Assembly: GCA_002633005.1 (NCBI GenBank)
Contig: NMRA01000526.1
Span: forward strand, 112,032 to 176,031
DNA length: 64,000 nt
Direction of reading: 5' to 3'
DNA from: Phoronis australis
Lineage: Eukaryota > Animalia > Phoronida
Part shown: one piece after another, positions 25,301 through 35,300 of the stretch
How the letters are laid out: each line of letters begins with the position of its first letter
How positions within the stretch are numbered: the stretch's first letter is position 1
Notes under the pieces: generated by a model
What the model saw: only the letters and a program-made list of their open reading frames with translations
The model's database searches: none
What the model was told of the DNA's origin: nothing
Translations under genes and position numbers: made by a program

Positions 25301-27235
25301 AGTTTATGATGTATGCCTGTTTGAATTAAAGCTAACAAGTGCCAAAATTATGACTGCACATCTTCTGATTCGTTTTCACAGCCGGAAACCTTTGGTTCAC
25401 AAGACAGTTCAAACGTTCAGGAACTACAGTGCCAGTTAAGAAGTTTACAGCTACATTGTGAAATGATCCAACAAACCATGGACCAGGAGAGAAGGAAATT
25501 AAACGGTAATTTTTATAAGAGTGAATTGTTAACGTGTTACTAATTCTTTGTACACGTTTGTTTGAAAAGATTAGTTGACACTGATATGAAGTAATTCAAC
25601 AAAAATCGATGGTGCGGGTTTTATTTTTAAAACCTCTGGTTTGAATCTGTTTTGTATTTGACAATAATTACTTCTGCTTAAACAATGCCCAACTGAAATA
25701 ATTTTCATAAACATGACTACCGCGCACACGTGACCAATTATCAGACTAGTTACTACGAGCGACTATAAGATACACATCTCTTCTGAATGGTAATCGCCCT
25801 AAACATTCCATAAGTAAATTACGGATTAGAAGAATGTCGCAACTAATTAACTACATGTAGTTAACTAAAAAGCGTGCTATGTTTGCCTTTAGATTTTATA
25901 CGTTGTGCTGACCCAACATCTCAATGCTTTTTCTTCTGCTTAGTAAGCAACTCCGTATTAAGTTCTTACGTTTCTCATTTACACGTTTATGTATCTAGGA
26001 ATATCATAGACGATTTTTTACAATTTAAAAAAAAATCTTTTCTAAAAAATTGATGGTCCTTAGTCGGTGAATTGTTGAACTTAGATGCAGGCTGAAATCT
26101 CTATGACACCACCCCGAAAGAGCAAAGTGCATAATTTTTCAAGTAAAATAGCCCTCTAAAAATGTACTTTTCGGTGAAGTTTGACTTAGTGGGTGAACAT
26201 TTGCTCATAAGTCTATATCCTAAACGCACTCACACAACGTGTTCAGGTCTAATAAGTGATCTTTCTCGTGAACTTTGTTGAAACACGAGTACACGGGTTT
26301 CGGACAGCCTCCTCGTGGACAGCCCCACACGGCAAAGTCCGCACACCCATGGTAGCGGTGCGAAATTGGCGACGACCGAGTGCGGAAGGGCTGGCCATAG
26401 GGGATATAAAATTTGGGAGCAAAATTTGGGGGAAGCAAAATTAGTTCGTGTCCTATAATAATATTTACCTTACTACGACCACGCATAGCGTTGTGTGCAA
26501 CTGTCGTTTGCTTCCCAAGGCCCTATTTTGATAATTTAGTTCTATATGGCAACAGTTTCAGTGAAATGCCGATCAAAAAGGTATGGCTCTGGTACACTCG
26601 CAAAGGATTTTGCTATATTTGCATCACGCTTGCACCGGGAATTAGAAACGGTAACTACGGCAGGCGCGCCTTGACTGCGTTTGTACGAACTAGCCATCAG
26701 TGCGACACTGGATAACAATTACCGTTATTTCCCATTTCTCTCAACAGGTATCAGGAGTGCGTGTGAAGGACTGGTGCGAGAGATGCAAGCGGCTGGCCTG
26801 GATGAGAACGCCACGGTGTTAATGGACGCACTAGATAGCAGTATTGACCAACCACTAATGAACAACTGCAATATCAACTCTAACAACCAGGCCCAAACAG
26901 AAGGTATAAGTTTTTCGAAACGTTAGAGTTTGGTTAGACCAAGTACGTCACAATATTGAAAACAACTTTCGTCACATCAGTGCAGCCGCAACCAACCAAC
27001 ACACAGTGAAATTCTTCCTTTTGTTCGAATTTGAAGTAGCTTTAATGAAAATGAAAATTTAATGCATTTTTTATTAAAATGTAACCATGGAAAATAGCTC
27101 AGTCAAATCTGTAGTATTTTAAAAAAGTTTTTACACAAAATAAAGGTGTTGCAACAAAACAAGATTGATCACCCTAATTGGATTTTTTCAGGAGAGAATC
27201 AGTCGGAAGAAGAAACCATTTCTTCAGAAGAGTAG
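22383..27235 (+). CDS. Multi-exon gene, 3' five exons; divergent EB1/MAPRE-like protein (low-complexity linker, EBH-like coiled coil, acidic tail)
   Basis: Exons 22383-22551, 22819-23268, 25382-25505, 26748-26903 and 27192-27235 are all GT-AG, phase-consistent and stop-free to TAG. ELQCQLRSLQLHCEMIQQTMDQERRKLNGIRSACE aligns without gaps to the recalled human EB1 segment ELMQQVNVLKLTVEDLEKERDFYFGKLRNIELICQ. Protein ends EEETISSEE*. AATAAA at 27382. Confidence 0.75.
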
Positions 27236-28366
27236 ATCCAGCAGAAGGAAAAGAAACAAATAGAACAAAAATAATAGATGAAAAACAACCACATTTTTTA
27301 TCATACTGGGAAGTAATTGGACAAAAATATGTTTCTTATTTTTTAGCATGCAAAACAAAACATTTTTAAAAGAACAAGTTAAATAAACCAGTGTAGTTGT
27401 ACATTTCCAAACGTTTTCTTTATTTTCTTTATATTTAAAAAATAACTGCCCATTCCATGAACAAAGGTACCAACTTCTTAAAGTCTACAGGCAGCTGGTA
27501 ACACCAAGTCATTTTTGACCCAATCACTTCACACAAGGACAACCCTTTGTGAACCAGCAGAGATTCACATGGCTGGTTGCTAAGCAGACAAGAGTTTCTC
27601 AATCCCCCCACAAGATGCAAGCCTTACTTTCCAAGGTTAGAGCTGATTACATTTGCACAGATGTCAACAAGAACAATGCACTGCTGAGACAGGACTGCAT
27701 AACTGCTGCATAAAGGAAACAAACTAACAACCTTTCAATTCATGCCGAGACTATATCCTTCATACCACATTTGAAAATTTTCTAAGAGCTTATTGAAAAG
27801 TCTGTAGATTCATCCAAATATCTATAAAACTAAAGAAGTTAACTGAAGAAATTTTTTAAAGCAGTCAGCCTACAAAATTTTACTTTTTTACGTACTATCA
27901 ATCTGCCATTGATTGGGTTACTTGACCATGTCTTCTATATAAGTATTATTAAGCACAAAAAGAGAGTCAAAATCATAGAAAAGAAGTCTAGTGTAACCTT
28001 AAGTTAGAAACTTGCAGATATGCATCACTCAAATTGTGACCACTAACAAGCATGAAAGTTCTCACAACATTCAGCAGTAATAGAAAAATAGAAAAAAAAT
28101 GATATTGGAACTAAACATGATTTGCGTCGGGATCTCCAAACAACATAAGTGAAACAGCTCAACAAAGGGAGTTATGAGACACAGACAATACGAGAACTAA
28201 CTGTGAGTCTGAAACAGCTGGAAGTCTTCTACATCAACAAAGAGTTGGGAAAGCAAAAAACTGTGAACCAAGTCATTGCATTGGAAACAAAGCTGTGAAA
28301 AGCTTTGAAGCAAAACACTATGAAATCAGCATAAGATTACTCTTTAATACTACACTCCATTTGTCC

Positions 28367-31300
28367 TCATTTCACAACAACACCTTTGTAAGTCAAAGCA
28401 ATGTCGAGGAGTTGTTTACCCTCACTAAGCCGATCTCCACCCTGTAGAAACTCTGTGGACAACTCTCTCAAAGTCACAGCAAGTCTCCTGCTGGTGATAT
28501 GTTCTCTTTTAATGCCATGCTTCCAACTGTAACGAGCAGCACCGGATACAACAATCAACGAACGTCTTAGCAATGGAACAAGAACTTCAACACCAGGTTC
28601 ATCATCTCTGGTCATACACAAGGAAGTATCAGCCAACAAGTTCAAGGTCACAAGCCTTTCGCCCCACAACCAGAAATCGTCAAAGTGGGCATCAATTGCA
28701 GCGCCTCTTTCTGGCGTATATTCCAAATGACATTGTTCGACAGGTGCAAAGTCTTTTAGTCTGTCAAATGAATGCATCCTGTTGACAAATTTCTCACTGA
28801 AAGGAGGTAGCCCGGTAAACACTGATGATTTGATCTTCTGCTTTTTGAAGTTTACCTTTGGTCCAAAATCCTAAAAAAACAAAGAAACCAGACATTATTA
28901 AAAGCAGCTATTTTTCACATTGCCTAACAACTTCACTTTCAAGACTGTAAAAGGAAAATTTTCAGCGATTTGGCAGAATTTTGGCTTCAAGCTACAAGCT
29001 CTAGGTGGAGCCCTTCCCCAGGAAGGAGGTCCGCCACTTTTGTGTAGTAGTTGGCGAAAAGACTGTGAGCAGCGTGGAATATTACATCATAGTTTAACTG
29101 CAATAAAGTATTCAGATCAAAATGAAATGGATAGGTTACATTAATAAACATGAAGACAAATTTGACCAAGTTGGCCGCATAGTCTCTTATACGTCTTGTC
29201 AGTTGGTGAAGCGCTAGTGTCTATGCCAGCCTTATTCACACTAGGTTTATGGAATCATAGTCCAAAATTAGAAAACAAGCCTTGAAAAATACGCTGTTAA
29301 CGTGACTGTTTAAATTTAACTAATTAGAAAAAATCATCCTGATATGAAGGAGAAAAATATCATTTTGAGAACAAACAGAAACAGAGGTCAAAGGTCAAAA
29401 CCTGTTTCCTTCTTCCAGATTGTGATGGGGTCCACGGTATTTCATCAATTTCTTTAGCAAGTTCTTCCTCCTCCTGGACAGATACAAAGTTTTCTTCTAT
29501 CCAAATTCCAGGGAATTCCAACAGAGTTCCACGGTGAGGGTGACAAGCGTCTGTCCAAGCCTTTTGACACTTCACACAGAAGGTGAACGTCTTGACCTAT
29601 GACGCAGGGTATTTGAAATTATAACAACAAGAATATTGATTATTTCAGTAACCTTTATACTTTGTACATAAAAAGCCACCCGCCCATAGCACACGCTAGG
29701 TATATATACAGAGACACACTGATGTATATCAAAAACAGAAGAATATATATAAGGATTTAGACACAAGCTCCTAACACAGAAGCTTTTCTGATAAATTTTG
29801 ACAGATTAACCAAGAAAGTACTTGAACGTTCATTCATGCGACTTAAAAAGGATATAGTATAGCATTGTGGCAATTGTGGAATAACTGGATCCTCAAGTGA
29901 ACATACAAAAACCAGCTTGTTAAGAAGTGAAATTCATATTCAATTTCATACAAATTAAATTTCTTGCAATATTTGCACAGCCTTAATTCTCTATCTACTC
30001 TTCCTCGCGCCACCTCGATTTCAAGAGTATGAGAAGAACAACATATTTTGGCTATTACCTGCAAATCTCACCACATTTTATAACTTTCAGATATGGAGTA
30101 ACATTTAAGATCTTATGCAACTCGGCAAAAAGTACAAGTTAGTTTACTATTTTTACTTTACAATCTCATTCTTGGAAGGTGCAGTTTTTAACTCTCGGAG
30201 TAAATACTTCAAAAAGGCACCAATATTTCTTCAGTAACAGTAAAGGAATTTATGAGTTTGTACAAAATACATCAATGTGTTGAAAGTGACTTTGTTACCA
30301 GACAGCTGCAATTTACAGACACTCTGCCCAGGGGCAAAATACTAGAAATCTAAATTTGGCCACTTAGCATGATGTCAACTCGCCAAAGGCAACTTGGCAA
30401 AATTCTCAGGTCCCCGAATGGTAAATGAGGTCACATAAACAAAGAAACACCTGTATGCAGTTGGGGTTCCTGATTTTTCTGTGTTTATTTGATATATTTC
30501 AATAGTTTATTGGTGGGTACCAATAAATATGGTAATTACGTCTGGTCTGGCATTGGAACTACTTTGTATTAGCGTGAAATCGCATGTTACTGGCCAAATA
30601 AAGGCTTGTGGTTTATTCAGGAAATTCCACCGACCAAAGAGGGGGGCGGGGAGTTTCAGGTCAGTCTATCATGACCAAAAAGGAAGCCCTGTCTCACTCA
30701 CAAATGGGTCCCTCATACATCGTGGTGACCAGTGTGTAGAAGTGAAGGTTGGGTCCAATCTCGTTGCCCAAGGCCTGCCACGGACCCCTCGAAAGCTGCA
30801 TCGGCCGGGGAACAGTTGAAAAATTGGTTCCAAAATGTGGGAGTTGTAATTACAAGGGATGCACACTTTTTATAGGCAATGACCATCGCCTCTGTTGGCC
30901 TGAACCAGAGGCAATGCAGCTCCTATAGGCGCTCTGTACACCGGAAGCTTTTCGGCGAATTATGCCTCGCACCGACTAAACCATCAAAGTCACGTTGTTA
31001 TAAATACCTTTTGCGCATAGAGGAACACCTTAGGAGGTTGTCGATGTGTTTAATTCCTTCCAACTCGAACAAATACTCCTGTTATCAAACCTTTTCTTCG
31101 AGCAGTCCCTATTTCAGTTCCCAAAATCGTGAACTCAACATTTTCACTCGGCGCACGCCAAAAGATTCTTTTAACCAGGTCGAAGGTCAGAAGTTGAGGT
31201 CCTACCGGCGAACTTTGAAAGCTGAAGTTCCCGCCCTTTGCGTAAGTGCTGTCGGGAACCTGCCGTGCATTTGCCGTGTTTTTAAACATTAAAATGTCAA

Positions 31301-32119
31301 ATATGTGCACAAAGACTATTAAATGTCATATCAACAGCATTTATTTTTATCAAATACAAACAATAATTTATTGAAATACAATCAGTTTCAAGTAACGCCA
31401 ATCAAAGACAAGTATAAATGGTGGCATTTTGGAAACGAATATTTGACTGACAAGACCGCAGTGGCTCACCTTTATTTAAAAATTGAGGTCATGAAGTCAC
31501 ATCACCTAGCGAGCGCAGTAAAAATTGGAGCGTGCGCAGTATAAAAATGATGAGTTCACGATTTTGGGAACTGAAATAGGGACTGCTCGAAGAAAAAGTT
31601 TGATAACGGGAGTATTTGTTCGAGTTGGAAGGAATTAAACACATCGACAACCTCCTAAGGTGTTCCTCTATGCACAAAAGGTATTTATAACAACGTGACT
31701 TTGATGGTTTAGTCGGTGCGAGGCATAATTCGCCGAAAAGCTTCCGGCGTACAGAGCGCCTTTTGGAGCTGCATCGCCTCTGGTTCGGGCCAACAGAGGC
31801 GATGGTCATTGCCTACACATTTTACAGCTTGGGGCCATGAAAAACCCTAAATGCAGCACTGGATTCAGGCCTTTTTCAGGGTTGCCGGTTGGTTCATCTG
31901 GAACACATGCATGATGCACTGCCTGGCAATATGTGATTGGTTAGGCCGGACTCGGTTGCCTAAGTAAGTTAACTATTCTAGCCCTGTCGTGCGTTCTAAA
32001 CAGATCTGAAAGACCCACACCTTCGTATGTTCTGTATTCGTCACACTTTCAGTATCCTTTTCGCACACAAGGCAACTCCTGATTCCTTTACAACCACAAC
32101 TCGATCGACTCTCTCCCAT
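28367..32119 (-). CDS. ALKBH4: Alpha-ketoglutarate-dependent dioxygenase AlkB homolog 4, 265 aa, 3 exons
   Basis: Exons 32119-32021, 29596-29402 and 28870-28367 (all phase 0, GT-AG). MGESRSSCGCKGIRSCLVCE...SQSGRRKQ|DFGPKVNFKKQK...VEQCHLEYTPERGAAIDAHFDDFWLWGERLV...WKHGI...RRLAVTLREL shows the ALKBH4 Cys cluster and the HxD...H...R 2OG-Fe(II) motifs. Confidence 0.96.
29843..30064 (-). mobile_element. 3' fragment of a non-LTR retrotransposon (C-terminal zinc-knuckle region) in ALKBH4 intron 1
   Basis: SSHTLEIEVARGRVDRELRLCKYC...EIEYEFHFL...YVHLR matches the SxHxLxIExGR..R.CxxC..EDExHF..Y..LR tail common in CR1/L2-group LINEs. Confidence 0.75.
30360..30415. repeat. Short dispersed repeat, inverted copy at ~35845-35898
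   Basis: cacttagcatgatgtcaactcgccaaaggcaacttggcaaaa vs reverse complement cgcttagcttgatggcaagtcgcatttggcgacttggcaaaa. Confidence 0.65.
30873..31815. mobile_element. Young long-TIR non-autonomous element (~265-bp arms, TA at both ends)
   Basis: 30873-31138 and 31551-31815 are near-identical inverted copies, seen as twin ORFs MTIASVG... on opposite strands. Ends are TA|GGCAATGACC...GGTCATTGCC|TA. Confidence 0.88.
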
Positions 32120-32399
32120 ATCGAAACTCCTCTCTGTGAAGAACATAAATGTTACTTCCGACTTCTATAAAATAAGAAATCAAAATGTTTCAGCAGCTGT
32201 AAATGAAACACTTGGAAAGTTTTTAGCTGAGTTTTAGTCATAATTTCGATCAAAAACTATACAAAATATATTTTTAACGATTTAATAGATAACTAATGCT
32301 ATTTTTATTATATTTATATATTAAATACAACAAGTGGTCTTTGCCTATTTTTCTGCGACTAGGAGAGTTCCGAGTTCCGGGTGGTTCATTATTTGTTAC
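32120..32399. promoter_or_regulatory. Compact bidirectional promoter shared by ALKBH4 and UBASH3
   Basis: Divergent ATGs (32119 minus, 32400 plus) only 280 bp apart. AT-rich core flanked by ETS-like TTCCG motifs (~32156, ~32375) and CpG-rich first exons. Confidence 0.7.
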
Positions 32400-35300
32400 A
32401 TGTCAACAGTGATGGCTACTCCTCTCCCGCCCCGTAATTCACGAAGGATTTCCTCGTCAAATGATGCTGGCGCAGTTTTACGAGCACAGTCATCTCTTGA
32501 TACGCTACTTCAAATGGGATTTTCTAAGCAGAGATCGTAAGTACACTGTTTTTACCAGTCAGGTTTTGATTATTAGACATCGAACTGTTGATTTCCGGGT
32601 TTCGTCTCAGTTAGTTATTACCTTCACATTCATTGGCGTTGTGAGTGCGAGATGAAGTATTTATTTTATTTGATATTTATTGAATAAAAGATAATGATGA
32701 TAAAATTACAACTGCAATGGTACCCATGTAGTAATATCCGCGATTACCCAACCATGGAATTGAACCAGTGACCCCCATAGGCATAAAAACGACCAGCATG
32801 CTAACCATTCAGCTATAGGCAAATTGCCGTTAGTGAGTGGCTAACAGAGGCTCAAATGATACACCGAAAGCACACCTTCCCTTGGTACCTTTACCTGGCT
32901 TTACTACCACAACACAGGTGAACCCAAGGTTTTCTACCATACAGGTCCACGACTCCTGGAACTTTTATCATCACCATCGTCTGAGGTCCGCGGGTACTAG
33001 TTAGCAGTGAGTGCTTCATCGGTAGATCATTCGTTTGCCGACTATGCCATTTGTAGTAATAGCTGAGATTACCCGATGCAGGAATCAAACCAGCGACCCC
33101 CATAAGCCGGTTTTATGGGGGTCGCTGGTTCGATTCCCAGGTCGGGTAATCTCGGACCTATATGAGAGACTACCTTGTGTTCACCTGTGTTGTGGTGGTA
33201 AAGGTACCAAGGGACGTTGATGACCTCTATGCGAGACATCCTGGTGTTCACCTTCCTGGTGGCGTGCCTGTTCCGTAGGAAAGGCGGGAATTTTGTAGAT
33301 GATGTGCCTCCAGGGAATCATATGAGCCTCTGTTAGCTACTCACTAAGGGGCAATTGCCTAGCTATTAGCTGAGGGGTTAGCACGCTCACCGGTTTTATG
33401 GAGGTTGCTGGTTCGATTCCCGGGTCGGGTAATCTCACCTATTACTACACCAGCGAGCATGCTAACCATTCAGCTAACAGGCAATTACCCGTTAGCAAGT
33501 GGCTAACAGAGGCTCATATGATTCACTTGAAGCACTCTACAACACCTATTTTACCTCAAGACAATTGACATTCTCCAATGCAGAGCTATCCGATATGCAT
33601 GCAACAGCTATAGACAGACCTCCAGTGCTGCTTCAACAATTCAACTGGAGATTGCTAGCTAATAGAAGAGGGGATATGTTTTACAAATTTGTTTGTGGTA
33701 TTATTGGGCAGACTAAATACCTTCACCGCCTGCTCGGTCTTTTAGGCACAACCACTCACTTTCCTTTCATATCGCCCATACTTGGCAAAATTTTCTCCTC
33801 AACTTTTTCCCCATTCACCATTAGACTGTGGAATAATCTTGAACCAAGACAAGGTAACGGCTCTCTCCATTGCTGCTTTTCTCAGCAGAATCAGCAGTTC
33901 AGGTCATCAATCTCAGATGCAAATAGTTGTGACTTTGGCCTTGTAGAAAGTCGTGTTTGTCAACAGACGATTTTTAACATGCGACTGAGTACAGCTAATG
34001 GGACTGAATCTAAGTTAATTAAGAGAGTAAAGGATCAAAGAATATGTAAAAAAGCAAATGTTATTGTTGATGGCTAAGTTTAAACTGAAATTGTTGAGCT
34101 CTCTGGTTTTCAGTATATTTTCACTCAAAAATTGTCACCAGCTCTCAGCACTGTTGTATTGGTAAAATACATGGGGGCTACCAGCCTACTAGTAGTATTT
34201 ATAATGAAATAGCTAGGCTGATGAATCTGTTAGCCAGCTACTGATGTGTTGTAATAGTCAACATCATTCCCCCTTGACTTATATTGTCCTATATTTCGTC
34301 TATTCCTGATTCAAATCCATGATTATTTTTTAACATGAGATCTACTCCTAATGCTAATTCTCCACTTATTTGGCACACTCATCTCATTTCACACACAAAA
34401 AGTTTGAAAACATAATACTTTGTCTCACAATTATTACGCACAAGGCTACTTGGTGGGAATTTCTTTCCTCACCTAATCAGTGCATAGTCAGTTTTGCACT
34501 GTGGAAAATGTCAGTACTAAGCCTTGTCATTAATTCTGACTATTAAATACATGCACTTCTTTTTAACTTTATTTTAATAAGATCTAAACATGGTATATTC
34601 ATCACTTACTTTCACCTATTTAGGTCAGGGATATCTCATATCGCTGTTGTTTACTTGTGATGAAAGGGGTGACCAGAATGAGTGCTGTGTTACTCAGCCA
34701 TATGCTCAAAAGAGTGTTTCACCAATGATGGCGTAAAATATTCTAGACTTATATTATAACGAATAAAGTAATTTAATTAAGTACAGCTGTTAATTGGATT
34801 ACGTTGACAACCCATAGGCTGTATTCCGTTGCTTGGGTATTCAATAAATGTGCTTCCGCATCAACTATAAAATCTGACAGAACGACAGTGTATATTTAGT
34901 TTATTTGACTCGCCCCGGTTTTCAGGAAAATCTATTTAATTGATTTTGTGGAAAACAAATAGAGAATCACTATTGGTTTCAACAGTAAAATACTGAGACA
35001 TCGCACACATAGTACAGGTCGTTTGCGTCTGAGACTCTAATAGAATTTCAGAATGTTTTGTCACTTCGATTTTACTGGCAAAACCAAGGGATGTATCTCT
35101 TAGGCCATTCTACAATATTTTGTCGCTTTTGTTTTTGTGGAAATGCCACAGAATTACCCTCTTGATGGAGTTTAATTCAAGGACTATTACCAACATTTAT
35201 GTACATGTAACAGGCTGGACAAATATTGTGGAATTGCTTTCTTCGTGCTCCTTACCCCTGAATTAAGAGATTGGTCAACACTTGACACATTTTGACCTTG

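Noticed and set aside
30879-31809. Twin ORFs (137 aa +, 106 aa -) as a duplicated protein gene
   Set aside because: They are the two arms of an inverted repeat; similarity stops at the arm boundary, differences are mostly CpG decay and there is no protein motif.
33360-33440. Functional tRNA gene
   Set aside because: A/B-box-like motifs are present, but there is no convincing acceptor or anticodon stem, and it occurs as rearranged repeat copies.
33499-34077. 192-aa ORF as a nested gene
   Set aside because: Chance fusion of a tRNA-like repeat end with a LINE 3' fragment inside UBASH3 intron 1.
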